A stretch of DNA of 60,036 bases, filler included, from Hausera hauseri (lineage: Eukaryota): assembly GCA_046269625.1 (NCBI GenBank). It is 12 parts of 12 records of this genome, joined end to end, with 100 filler letters (N's around TTAATTAATTAA, not from the genome) between each part and the next. Parts side by side here need not be neighbours in the genome. Positions count along the whole stretch, not along the records: positions 18,933 to 23,572 come from JBJURY010492354.1; positions 23,673 to 30,027 come from JBJURY010108209.1; positions 30,128 to 34,968 come from JBJURY010417255.1; 9 more parts are not named here. One strand, 5' to 3'. Made by a program: the position numbers and the translations under genes. Shown here piece after piece: positions 22,560 to 35,068 of the stretch (its first letter is position 1; each line of letters begins with the position of its first letter). The notes below the pieces were generated by a model. That model did not search any database. It saw only the letters and a program-made list of their open reading frames with translations, and was not told the origin of the DNA.

Positions 22560-23572
22560 TTACGATTTTACGCTGCTTTTTACAATTTTTGGCAACTATA
22601 TAAAATGACGCAACTAATAATAATAAGACAAACGTTGATACTCCAATGGTCGATATAACAGGTAGAGTTAAAAATTCAAATGTTTTTTGTGTTGCTACAT
22701 ATGTAGTAATTGTGTTCTGTACGTCTTTATCTTTTTGTGAATCTGGGTAAATTTTTTCTATTAAAATGTATAAGGTGATTGTTCAATTTCGTTTTCCTGC
22801 TGCATTAATTTGTATTATATATTCTGTCTGAGATTTTAAGGATTTACATTCAATTTGTTGCGTATTTCTTATGAGCACTACTTTTTTGTTTCTTATGTAG
22901 GGTTCGACAGTTTATTTTTATATCGTAGTTTAATCTTTCCTCAACAAAGAATACTATTCTATCCCGATGGATCGAATACCTGATAGGTATGTCTTCAATT
23001 CTTGCTTTACATATATTGTTCGTTGTAACAATTCGAGCGGTCGACCTTTTCGTCGAGGTTTCCATTGGAATTTTCCAAATTCTGTTTTCTGGATAGTAGA
23101 TTTGTAACTGTATACTTAGTTGATTAGGCCGTGTCTCGTATAAATCAAATCTTATTTTGAATTCTTGGTTCACGGGTATTTTACAGCACGGATGTTGCAC
23201 ACCTGCAAGGATGGAACAATATTCTATTTTCGGAGTTAGTCCTAGTGCTATTGCAAACACGATAGTAATTTCCCGACTGACCGTTAGCTCTGTCCGAGTA
23301 TTTACTTGAATACAGTGTCTTTTCTTATTCACAAAGATTGTCTGGTTATTTTCGTCTACTAGTCTTATGTCCGGGTCAGTGGATCGCAATATTTCGTTCC
23401 GTTTTACTTTATGATGCCTATTCCAAACAGGAATAACTAGTTGGAAATGTGGTTTTGTTTCATAAATTTTAGGTAATTTCGGTACGTACAGACGATAGGT
23501 CAGATTATAGGTATGTCCGAAATCTATGTCGCAACATTGCGTACGTTCTCAGGACTCAAAGTCACAATTCTT
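22560..23572 (-). pseudogene. Cys-containing type-I membrane protein (second envelope-like ORF), C-terminal part
   Basis: KNCDFES*ERTQCCDIDFGHTY...HCIQVNT...EYCSI....HPCCKI ectodomain. Hydrophobic LPVISTIGVSTFVLLLLVASF at about 22600-22670 is followed by a basic stretch. Homologous to 46628-47330. Confidence 0.65.
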
Positions 23573-23672
23573 NNNNNNNNNNNNNNNNNNNNNNNNNNNN
23601 NNNNNNNNNNNNNNNNTTAATTAATTAANNNNNNNNNNNNNNNNNNNNNNNNNNNNNNNNNNNNNNNNNNNN

Positions 23673-26220
23673 CAATGTAATGACAGTTGCCAATTTATTT
23701 TTATAATCACGATAATCTACGATTTTTGTTGAAATGTATACCATATTTCAGGACGGAGGGAGTAATACATTTTGGCAATTCGTGTCTCCTGTTACGCAGT
23801 ATTTATGATCATGTCTTTGTAAATGCTTTCATAGTTAGTGACCTTTTGGTGTTATTTTGCTTCCGATAAATTCTATGATTTGTTGTATGACTTTGTCCTT
23901 CTTTTGTTCGGCAAAAATTCTAAATGTTTTATCCATTGCCAGGACTTGTTGTCTATCCACTAATTCTTTGAGTTGAGCTTTTCGCATCATCCTAATCGCG
24001 CTTGTTTTGGTTTTGAGCCTTGATAACGCGTCAGCATCGACATGTTTGATTCCGGGTTTGTACTGAAATTCAAGATTATATCATGAGATCTCTTCGATCC
24101 ATCTGTTGAGTCTACATGTCGGATTGTTTGCTCTGCCTTTCAAGATTGTAACCGCTTTATGATTCGTAACAATTATAATCTTTTGTCCGTAGACGTATGC
24201 GTTAAAGTGTCGTAAAGCTTCTTTTACAGCTAACGTTTCTAATTCTGTAACAGAGTAATTCTTTTCAGTTTTCTTAAGTAATAGTCCTCCGTATGCGATC
24301 GGATTATCCAGTTCTTCGTCTTTTCGTTTTTGCACTAACTCGTACCCAATGCCTTCTTTGCTTGCATCCGTTTTAATTATGAACGGTATGTTAAAATCAG
24401 AATATCTTAAAACTGGTTCGCTAGTTAGGATTTTCTACATTTCGTCAAAAGCTTTCTGTTCAACGTCGGTACATTTCCATTTAATCCCTTTTTAAGTAAA
24501 CGATACAAAGGCGCGTTCATTTTTGAATTGTCTGGTACATAAGTGGCGTAATACCCACATAAACCTAACCAAGGTGTTAATTACATTTGATTCTGGGGTT
24601 CCATACAGTCTCATATTTTACTTAGCAGTGATTTATCTGGTTTTGATCCTCCTTCTCCGACTATATGTCCAAGATAAGATACAGCGTTTTGAACCCATTT
24701 GCATTTCTTTGGATTTAATTTCAATCCGGCTTGTTCTATCCGCATAAGTGTGTCCTCGATATGATTTAAATGTTATTCTTCCTTTTTCGATGTTATCACG
24801 GCGTCGTCTAGATAAGCAAATGCGTGTTTTAGTCCCATTAACATCTTATTCATCATTCGGGTAAAAATAGCTGGTCCCGTTGAATTCGTATACAGCGTCG
24901 TGCGTTTTAAACGCAGTTTTATAGCGGTCTTCTTCTTCTATCTCTACTTGCCAGTATTCACATTGTAAATCGAGTGTGGTGAACCATTTTGCTCCGGAAA
25001 GCCTATCTAGGGCTTCTTTTACCGATGATAGTGGAAATATATCTTTCATCATAAGTGTGTTTAACGCTCGATAATCGATACAAAATCGGTGCTTTGTAGT
25101 AACTTTCTCCTTAACCATGAGTATAGTGGAGTACCACGATCGGTAGCTCGGTCTAATTATGTCGGCCTTCAACATTCGTTCTACTTCTTTTGTTATCTCC
25201 GGTCTCAATGAGTGTGGAGGAGGATACCATTTCGGCATCTTCTGATCTGCTAAACCTATTTCATCATTGGTGCCAGGCTTTTCTTGAACGGAATTGTTAG
25301 CCTCAAGGCCTTGGCTCTGCCATTGTCTTCTTCGTCTTTATCGATAACTTAGTTATAACGGCAAAGTAATTCGTAAAATCGGCAGTATGACTCGGGCGAA
25401 AATTTAGTTTCAACATGAGGTGGAAATTCGGCACATTTGTAAGGTTTTTCTTTAATCATTATTTCCGATACTCTATAAGTATGCCCAAAGTTGTGTTAGC
25501 ATATAATCTAATCGGAATTGGTGCGTTATTAGCTATTCTATTGGGCATACGACCCGTCGATACTCTTGTTAATACGTTACTGAGCACAATGCTTGGATTT
25601 GACGATTCTCTTGGTTCGAAATACACTGGTTGGTCGTTATCCTGACGTATCTGAGAATATATTAATACTTTGGTTCTGGGTGAAATGTTCTCGTCTACTG
25701 GGATCCAAACTTCTCCGAATTGCCTAATCTTGGTAGTTTTAACCCCTTTTATCGGTCCAAGTTTTATTAATTTCCCTGCATGGACGTCTATGGCTACATT
25801 CGGTAGTTGTCGCAACAAATCGCATCCTAATACTACATCATCCGTCAATTGTTCCATTACTGAAAATTCGTGATGTAAAGATTGTACCATTATTCGTATT
25901 TCCGATCTCCATCGGAATTTGCTTTTCGACGATTGTCCAAAAGCTTCGACGTTTCCTAAGTCTGTTGCTGGAGGTCAGTATAATTGCTTTCGTAAAAGCT
26001 GCCGCATTGAATCATAGTTTATCAGGATATCTCAGATCCTGTGTCTATCAATGCGTAGACCTCCCAATCTTCTAGCTGGATTTTTGCAAAAGGCCTACCT
26101 TCGATTATCGTACCATAGTAATTTGGTGCTAATTTTTGGATGTCGTATGCTTGACACCTTGTAGCCGTTAATGGTAACTTCAGTGGTTCCAACCGGCTGA
26201 TCGATTAGTTGCCTTAACAC
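23673..26220 (-). pseudogene. pol: Ty3/gypsy protease-RT-RNase H (to the start of integrase)
   Basis: ALIDTGSEIS (DTG at 26037-26045), RFCIDYRALN, TLDLQ.EYWQV, FAYLDD, KTDAS, EKNYSVTELETLAV, DADALSR. Confidence 0.93.
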
Positions 26221-26686
26221 TCCAATTGGGTTTAACTCATTATTCGTACCATTTACATTTCCCGTTTCTTGACTTCGAACTGGCGACTGTGTTTCTTCGT
26301 TTCGGCCGTTCTGCGCTTCATGATCTCTTGAGAAATTGATCGCATTTCTTTTGGTCTGGGTACTCTAGGCAAATAAATTATACCGTATTCGTCGACTGCT
26401 GAACGACGATATGGGGCAGGCGTCCTTTTTATTTCGTGAACCTTACGTAATATACCATAGTGCTTTGCTCCTTCATAAGGATCCTGAAGGTTAAACAGTT
26501 TTCGACAAACATCTGTTAGATATAAACTCGTAGACTTTTTCTCACAGTCTTGGTATATGGATGCAGTTGTCAGTAATATTGGTAATGGCGGTTTTATAAC
26601 AGAGTAGCTTTTGTGTCTATTGGTCTTTGAGACGGCGTCTCGTCAATGTTATTCCTCTGTGTTTTGACATTTGTGAATTTATGTTT

Positions 26687-28737
26687 TTAATTAAAGATGT
26701 GTCTCTTTTTTCGTTTTCGATTATGGTAGCCAACATGTCGTTCTACATCCGCATTCCATCTACTTTCTTCATAAGCTTTTAGAAATTTTCCGAAAGGTGT
26801 GATAAAAACCGTTAAAATTTTGCATGAAAATCCCGTCAGGCTGAATATCTCATATCCGTTTATAATCACTTGAATTGTTGCTTTAACCACCTGAATTAAA
26901 AAGTAGATTGCTAGGAATCCTGATGCGGCTTGTCCGAATATCGGAAACCTTCCCCAAATTTTATACAATATTTCAGTAGTCACCTTTTGGTAGTAGTTAA
27001 CACCAAGTAACGATTCCCATTTCGCTTGATAACGCGAGTCTTCTAGTATTGTATGCACCGCTCTGTTTAATTCATGCGTCCGTTGGCGTGGAAAAGCAAG
27101 AAATTGTCTAAATGCTTCTACATCTTTCGGTCGATAAATACCTTTTGCGGCGGTATCTTGAAACTTATAGTAGGTTATTCCCTTTATCAAGTTTGTTCGC
27201 GTCAGTTTGGCGGGTGGCGCGATTATGCCACCGTTCAGTAAACTTACCCAATCGGTTTCGCTCTGTCGGAACATTGGCTCGCCTAGGCTGCTCGTGCAAT
27301 CTCTCATAATTGTCGGTTGAGTAGAGTTTGCCAACAATACTCTAGTAATTGGTGTTACTAATCTAGTAGGCTGTTCGACTACATCTTTTTGCGTTTTCGA
27401 GTTAGTATCTATTCTGCTCATGTAACGTTTTCTTGTCATCTCATTAAACTTACGTTCTTTGATCTTAATGAAATTGCAGTCAGTATTACAGCACGTCTTG
27501 ATATATCACTGGAAGTTCCTGTATACACCTCTTCTCTTCCACATTAATGGGTACATCCCTTTTTCATAAATCAGTAGAACTTCTCCAGTCACTCGGCTGA
27601 AAACGCCTTCTTTCATCGGAATTATTGGCGGCGCCATTTCGGGATTGGCATAGATTAAGGCCAACGTGGTTGTCATGACTTCTAAGTCTAATTTGCAGTC
27701 ATTTGTTATCATCTTGTGATATAACTCGACTACTACAGCCTGTCCCTTATAGTAGAAGTAGTCTTCTCTGTTCTTCAAATAATCCTCGATTCGGATATCT
27801 TGAGTATCCAGCTTGAACGTTTTGGCATTAATTTCAGTCTCAGCCACAAAGAATGCTTCATAGTTTGTGGCATAAATTACTACATCACATCATGCAAGTT
27901 CGTCCTTCTTTACGAATTTTAATCCATGAGTATCGGAGATTAATATGGTAGGTGTAGGCTGTTGGACTACATCTTTTCGCGTTTTTGAGCTAGTATCTAT
28001 GCTGTTCATGTAACGTTTTCCTGTCGTCCCATTAAACTTAAGTTCTTTGATCCTGATGAAATTGCAGTCAGTCTTGGCTGGTGGTTCCCAAATTACGACT
28101 GAACTTCTAAAAGCACAGGAGCCGTCTTAAATGTGACACTTTTGGTTTTCCGTATAGAGCTTAGTAACGCTATGAAACATTACTTTTTGTGTGGGCATCT
28201 CAATTTCGTAGAAATCCACAACCACTATGTTTGATTCCAATCCTTTTCCAGTATCGTATTCTGCACAGTTGCAGTGACCTGCTATTTTGTATGCTCTGAT
28301 TATTTTCCCTTGCTGCATTCCTAATTTCATGCTCTCCCATTTCAGCCTGCCTGTCTCTCTGGCCTGTTTATAGGGCTGCCGTTCTAAGTTCGTTGGAATT
28401 AACGGGGTCGTTGGCTTGATTATAAATGAATGCCAATGAATTAATTCACAATGGAAAATACTGCTAGAACGTCGTAACATGCATTCTATCCAATCCAATG
28501 AGACCAATTCTCGTTGCTGGTACAGCATATATCTCTTTTCTTTTTTTTTAATTTATGTGGTCTCGCATCTTTGCACATTTCCAAATACATCAATAAATAC
28601 CGTTGACCAAGCCTGAATTTATCACAGTCATATATTTTAACTGCTCCCATTTGCCGTATTAACATCATCACGGTCAGAAAATTAATTAGCCTGTTTGGTT
28701 CGTTTCCTCGATTATTTCCATTTAAGTTTCGTAACAT
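26687..28737 (-). pseudogene. env: Chuvirus-like (class III, gB-like) envelope glycoprotein
   Basis: Signal-like NFLTVMMLIRQMGA then IYDC; IECMLRRS..FHC..H; AG.C..AEY; LYHKMITNDCKL..EV...LAL...NPE; RVTGEVL; PITRVL; GIYRPKDVEAFRQFLAFP; KIWGRF..FGQAASGFLAIYFLIQVVK...NGYEIF. Collinear with the chuvirus glycoprotein pattern I recognise. Confidence 0.88.
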
Positions 28738-28824
28738 GTCTTCAAATCTACTATTATTGTTACTAACGAAGGGCCTGTTTTGACATATCGCATCTTTTCC
28801 GAATAGTTTGGACCAATCTATTTC

Positions 28825-29841
28825 TCAGGGTAATTTCCTATCGGTCTTTCGTGCTAGACTATTGGCCTTGTTAAATTCATTTTCCCGGACTGGATTTGTT
28901 CTAATGGCCAAATATAATAATTCTTTCCGCAGCTCTTCTATGGTGTTCTCTACCATAATTTTCTCGATCACCAATTCATAGCTTAAGGTGCTTCTCGATA
29001 ATTTACAGCGGAAATTCTTCATTGTTCTGGCTGCATTCAATATAGATTTCTCCTTTTCGTCTAATATATCGCCACAGAGACTGGAGTGATTTGCTATGCG
29101 TATCAAATTTTTCATGAGTTCATTTAACTCTTCATTTTCCGTGTTAAAGGTCGATATGGACATTTGCCTTAATTCTCTAATTAAATCTCCATTATAGTCA
29201 ATTTCTTCTCGCATTTTCCGCGGTCTACCGACGGGACGCTTCTGTTTCGCTATTAATGACACGGTTTCACTAGGTGGTACTAAATTCTTATCAAACTGTT
29301 CTTTATCTTCATCTGTTTGTAAGTATTCGAAACACATTGTTGCGTCTCGAACGCCGATGACGCGTCCTACACACTGATCAGTTTTGGCCTTTTTTGTGGC
29401 TTGTTCCTTTGTTTCTTGCATAGCAAGCGTTACTACTATCCGATTTGTTTCACCTGAGATAATTCCGACGTCTATTAATAGTTCCAGTTCGTATGATATT
29501 CTACCTATAAAGTAAAATCTATAATTTTGTTCGCTTGCGCAACCATTACTTATTAGCCACTGTATCACGTCTCTTACGTAGGAGTGCGTAGTGAACTCGC
29601 GCTCTTTCTCGTCCATCCAGTCCGACGACATTCTTATTTTAATCGGCTCCTCGGTTTTAGCACTTAAGATTTCCGCATACTCCCTTATCAAAAGTTTTGG
29701 CACGGCACTATAAGTTGTACCTTCGCTAGATAGTTTAGTCAGGGTAGGAACTAACTTTCTTAACTGAATTTTTGTGAAGTTTACATTAATTAACTTAATT
29801 AAATCTTTCTCAGTTTGCACCGAGTCCCGAAGCATTTTCAC
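28825..29841 (-). CDS. Pre-env accessory domain with AT-hook-like GRPRK
   Basis: 338-aa ORF in frame with env across a single TGA. Shares GRPRK, EL...LI..AN and KSI...AR with 45384-46214. Confidence 0.65.
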   Translation of the reverse strand: MKMLRDSVQTEKDLIKLINVNFTKIQLRKLVPTLTKLSSEGTTYSAVPKLLIREYAEILSAKTEEPIKIRMSSDWMDEKEREFTTHSYVRDVIQWLISNGCASEQNYRFYFIGRISYELELLIDVGIISGETNRIVVTLAMQETKEQATKKAKTDQCVGRVIGVRDATMCFEYLQTDEDKEQFDKNLVPPSETVSLIAKQKRPVGRPRKMREEIDYNGDLIRELRQMSISTFNTENEELNELMKNLIRIANHSSLCGDILDEKEKSILNAARTMKNFRCKLSRSTLSYELVIEKIMVENTIEELRKELLYLAIRTNPVRENEFNKANSLARKTDRKLP

Positions 29842-32199
29842 ACCGAACCTCTGATCTGATAGACATGTATCTGTTTCTTACAATCGTACGAGAGTTTTCG
29901 GATTTTCAGCAACCATTGCGTTTAACATGCATCCCATTCTTGTTCACTTTCACTGTCCGGCGGTCGATAATCAATTGTCGAATTGTGCATCTACTGGTCT
30001 GGCCATATATTTAACCTGTATTGATCCNNNNNNNNNNNNNNNNNNNNNNNNNNNNNNNNNNNNNNNNNNNNTTAATTAATTAANNNNNNNNNNNNNNNNN
30101 NNNNNNNNNNNNNNNNNNNNNNNNNNNAGATGCAAACTGAGTCACTCAATTATATTATCAAAAACATCTTCAAACAATTTTTTAGACCTTTCCAGTGTTT
30201 CTACTAGACATATTGGCCTTGGGAGGGCTGCTTATGAAAACAGAATGATCAACAGCAGAAAAGTCACAAGTTTTTATTATTAGAGAGTCCAGCTTTGTTA
30301 AAAAACACAATTTACAGAACATTAAAAAGTCTGCAATTAGCATTAATTGAATCTTATAAAGTCTATCTCATATCTAAAGATACATTTAAGATATCTTGAA
30401 CTGGAGTCTCCATACAACTTAATGATAAATCAGATGTTATTTATACTATTCATGATGCCTCGAACACCTTGGTGTGGTCCATTCTGTCTGTCATAGTGAT
30501 TCTCCATATTAGATCTGAACTTCATTGTCGTTTCATTTGTTCCTCTACAAGTACTTTAACGATTTTCTTTAGATCTGTTCTTTGTCTTTCTATTGCATTC
30601 GTCTCTTGCATCTCTTCTGCATTCTGTGCGTGTACTTTCTGAGTCGTTTGTTAACTTTATACAGTCAATCACATTGAAGATTGTCTATTCTTTTGTTTGG
30701 GAAAAACATTCGCACCATAACTTTGTCGCCGAATGTCAATTTTTGTCTAATACAATTATTCTGTTTTGGGGGTCTTTTTTGAATTTTTCCAGCTGCTGTC
30801 TCAGTTTGGTGACATATTCACTCAGATTTCCCCCGCCCCATTTCTTTTCGAGATTTAACTATATCCTCATTCGTTTTGCAAATATCGTCTCGTTTGGCAT
30901 TGCAAACAACCTTTCTAAATAGTCGTTCAACATTTCTATCCTTTTGCTGGTATTTTCGGGAGGTCGTCTATTTCTGATTACTCAAAAATTATCTTGTTCT
31001 TGAATGAAATTCTTATATCGGAGTATATTATTCCTGGAATGCCGAATAACACAATCTACTTAGTAAATAACAATGTTGCAATATTTTCGTAGTTACGTTC
31101 TTTAGAGTGATTGACATCGGACGTTTTCAATAGTTGGCAAAGTAAAGAAGACTTTACTCGGCAAAGTCGGAGGATCGAAATCCTGAAGATCCCTTAGATT
31201 CTTGTCGCACATAAATCAAATTGAAGTCTAATCAGTTTTTAAAATGTATTTATTTTTATCCAATATTTAAGCAAATTAAAAATAAATAATAATTTACTTA
31301 TTATTTATTTTTGATGCTCCATTACTTTCCCCTCTCCTTTATGATCCTTGTTCACTCTTTTCAACCATTCCACTCTTCTACGAATTATTCTACCATCTTC
31401 CATGTTTTTCAACTCCCACTGATGCGGCGAAATTTGTTAAATTATTTGATACAGTCCTTCGAACTGATAAGCATTTTTTCTTTTTTTCTGAGGATCTACT
31501 TTCACGAAAACTTTTTGTCCAATTTCAAAATTTCGTTTCCTTCCCTTCGCCCCTTCGAAATGTTCCATTCGGTTAGCTGCTTCTGTAATATGTTTTTGTA
31601 ACACTGTCTGTCTTATGACTCCTCAATCCATAAAATTTTATCGTCTCTTCATTCTTCAAATTTTCATCCTCAGCACTTTCTGATTGTAGATGCAATATCC
31701 TGATGACATTATCTATGAACATTAATATTTTCATGGTTGTATGTTGGTCTGTACATTTATACATTGTTTCTGGCATTTTATGTCTACGTACTTGACTTTA
31801 TCCTTCAGGAGTTGAACAGTCTGATTGGTACTAACTATCAAGTCAGATGTTTTAAGATTTCCTTTCTATCTCTATATAGCAGAGTATCATCCGATTGTTA
31901 TTCATTTTGACGTACGGTGGGCCTATCACTTCATTTCTTAGTAATTCCCAATCATTTATTAATTCCCTTTAGAGATGATGCAGTTTTCTCTTGAAATACC
32001 TCATCGATTACTGATGGAACGGTTATCCCATTATATATGTGTATATAATTGTGTAAATTTGGTAGGATCCAATCATATATTTCAGTAACTTTTCGACGCG
32101 CATCAATAGTTAGCCGCAGTTCCCATTTTGTATTGCTTGGTTAATTAGGCAAAGCTAATACTGTCATTTGACGGATTTTTCGAACCTGATTATCTGTAT

Positions 32200-33140
32200 T
32201 GATTTTAGTACATGTCATAGAGTCGAAAACTGTACTCGCTCGTGTCATGGGATGATGAACGTATTAAATGTCTTGTAAGCTTCCAAAAGAAACATCTTAG
32301 ATCCCATTATATATTTAAGGAATTCGGCACCAGCTTTTGAGGAGTCCAATCTTCGATTGATTTGTCGCCAATCGATTTCTTGTCTTTGTTCAATTTGTAA
32401 ATAATTCTTCTTAGAGATACAAATGCCTGAAACATGATTTCTCCATCCTTTTCTGCGATTACGATTTCCACAGGGAGAGTCATTTGTGATTTACCTGATT
32501 TGTATGCATAATCAAAAGATACTGCGATATTACGCGTACTGTTTGCTATTCTTGTCACTATAATACTGAGTTCCTTTTATGGTCCTCTTCAGTAGGCTAT
32601 TCCTTATACTTCATCTGTTCTGGTATCCGGTGGATCACCTCTGTTTCGAAAATTTCAATAATTCCAATTGTCAGCATTTCTTTCGTAATAAAACGAACTT
32701 CCTTTGGGCCTACGGAATATTTGATCTGTATGACTCCTGGTGTTGGATCACTTCTGTCTGATATTCTTTTTCATCCAAATTTCTGATGATCAATTCTATT
32801 TTACCCAAAACAACATGTATCGCTACTTCGAGGTGTTTTAGGGGTATTTTCGAGAATATGTATTGGATCTTCTTCTCGATGATTTTATCAGGAACGATTT
32901 GTCGGTTGCGGAGTTCTCCGTATTTTAGAAATTTTTGGATTTGCCTAATTTTACTTATTTCTTCATCGATGTAGTCCATAACTTTGCTTTATCTGTGGCC
33001 TATAGTCGGCAGGTTCTCTAACGAGAAGGCATAGTATTAACTGGCATCCCTCTAGCTATATATTATTTCTCCGAATATTGTTGAATGAATTGCTTCCCGT
33101 ATCGGGAGCGAGATATGGGTTGATTTTTTTCGCCATCTTG
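32200..33140 (-). pseudogene. Homologue of the exonuclease-fold accessory protein
   Basis: HLEVAIHVVLGKI vs HSDVYIHLAEGEV; IIEI...KYKE*PTEE vs MIEI...YYQYPTED; LPVEIVIAEKDGEIMFQAFVS vs IPIEVSIRDMNGIEVYFRLIAS (21186-22476). Confidence 0.6.
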
Positions 33141-33299
33141 GCATTTCGTTAGATATGAAAGTGAATAACTGATCTTGTATTTACTTTTATACCTAAGTTT
33201 ATACAAGTTTACCGTGATTGGCCAATTTCTAACAGTTTTCTCTTGTTTTCTGCTGTAGCTTCGTAAATTTTATTGAACACGTAACCGATTATATTTAGA

Positions 33300-34868
33300 C
33301 CAATAATAATAACTTGTTCTTCAAATACTGGAAAGATGGCTTGTGATGATCTAACGCTTTAACAAACTACTTCATGATGCCAAACTTGATGTGGAGATTT
33401 GGTAAGATGATTTTCTTTTTCTCAACAAGAGGTTCATGAATGACGTTATGAGAACCTAGTTGAAACGTTTCTTGCGATGGCCAAGTTCTCCTTGTGTAAT
33501 ATTCTGATTTCATCCTGCTGCCACATGTGCAGTGGAAACAGAAGAACTTTGTATAACCACTTTCCAATCCGTTTAGAATAGCTACGACTTTCAAATCTGC
33601 ACATATGAGCCACTGATCATCTTTGTATTTTATTCTGGCCAAAATAAATACTCGATTCTCATAGGTTTCTCTCAGGGGTATCGAATGTGCAATCGGAATG
33701 GAAGGTAGCTCATTTCCAATATGAAGTAATAATGTCTTGATGCTGTAGAGTGATGCGTCAATGAACTCCATTGAGAAGAATCATATTGTAATCCTAGATT
33801 ATCAAACAATCCCTTAATATCATTGTAGAAGCAGAGATCTTTGAACAGGGAAAAGTGCTGCTGCAGTTCCCAGGATTGTTTTCTAAATGATGAAACTTTT
33901 TCATCATCGTCCAACAGATGCCACTGCTGAAGACGTGAAGCCAACAGTTCACTCTGATGCTTAGTCAAATCACGAAGATCATTCAGCTCAGGTCCTGTTA
34001 TGAAGCGAGGTTTACGATTAGTATCCTTCAGCAACTCGTAATTTTCCTTAAGAGTTTTCTTGTATGATGCAGAAGAACTGTCTATGCTTTAAATTTTTAA
34101 TTGAGGTTCAGGAACTTGGAGTTCAGCAGAATGAGCAACAGGATGAATAGCTGTAGATATATTGTGATAGATAACAGCCTTCTTCCCTTACAATTGCGAC
34201 CTGATGTCGGTTAAACAGAAGTATCAGTTTGTGCAGTGATTTTTCGACTCTCCACACCATTGGTATTCCAAATGTTAGTCCTCTACCAGATCTGTTTTCC
34301 CATGCCGACAGTGAACTAGCACACTTTAGACAGCATATATGAGGCGCTCAGTTTTTATCCTGGTCTCCGAGCTTGCAGCCAAAGTATGTATAGAGTCAAT
34401 CTTCGTCTGCACCTCTTTAACATTAGTTGACAACAAACGTAACAAAAGCTATCGGCCTGATTTAACAATTTCTGGGCATTAAACGCGCTTGTATTTCCAT
34501 CAGCTTATATATCCTTCTAGCTAATTCGATAATTAGCAACGAAATTACGTAACGCAATTACAACTTACGTGTATGATTATAACTATATAGTAATTACACG
34601 AAAGTTGTATTTACGTTACGTGATTTCGCATTACGTAATTTCGGTGCTATATTAGTAACGAAATGACGTCACTTAATTATCTCGGTCATTTACACAAAGC
34701 TATTAAGTACCAATATATTTTCTGGTAAACAAAACTTCTCTATAACAAAAAATGAATTTATGTAAAATTGGTGGGTCACACAAGAAAATGGGTATTAATT
34801 TTGTGATCTGCATGTCAAAATACATAATGTCGTGCCACTCGCATTTCCGTTTTTTTTTTGTTGAAGTG
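33300..34868 (-). mobile_element. Chapaev3-type (CMC) DNA transposon, 5' end and truncated transposase (about 33310-34479)
   Basis: FCYVC, YFGCKLGDQDK..APHICC..C, IPMVWRE..H...YFC, SELLASRLQQW, FIDAS..S.K.LLLH.GN..PSIP, ICADLKV, GYTKF.CF.C, LHIK.G.MK.FVKAL. Terminus CACTTCAACAAAAA at 34868 is flanked by TWA. Confidence 0.88.
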
Positions 34869-35068
34869 TAATTAGTATTATCTGGTAATATGCATCAAGT
34901 TTTCCTTCGTATCTGCTCAATTGATTGTGTATCTATTGTTTTATTTTCCATGTTTATACACATTTTTGNNNNNNNNNNNNNNNNNNNNNNNNNNNNNNNN
35001 NNNNNNNNNNNNTTAATTAATTAANNNNNNNNNNNNNNNNNNNNNNNNNNNNNNNNNNNNNNNNNNNN

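Noticed and set aside
25459-25720. PR-RT spacer as a new captured gene
   Set aside because: A beta-rich spacer of this kind is usual between protease and RT in many gypsy lineages, and no intact dUTPase motifs are seen.
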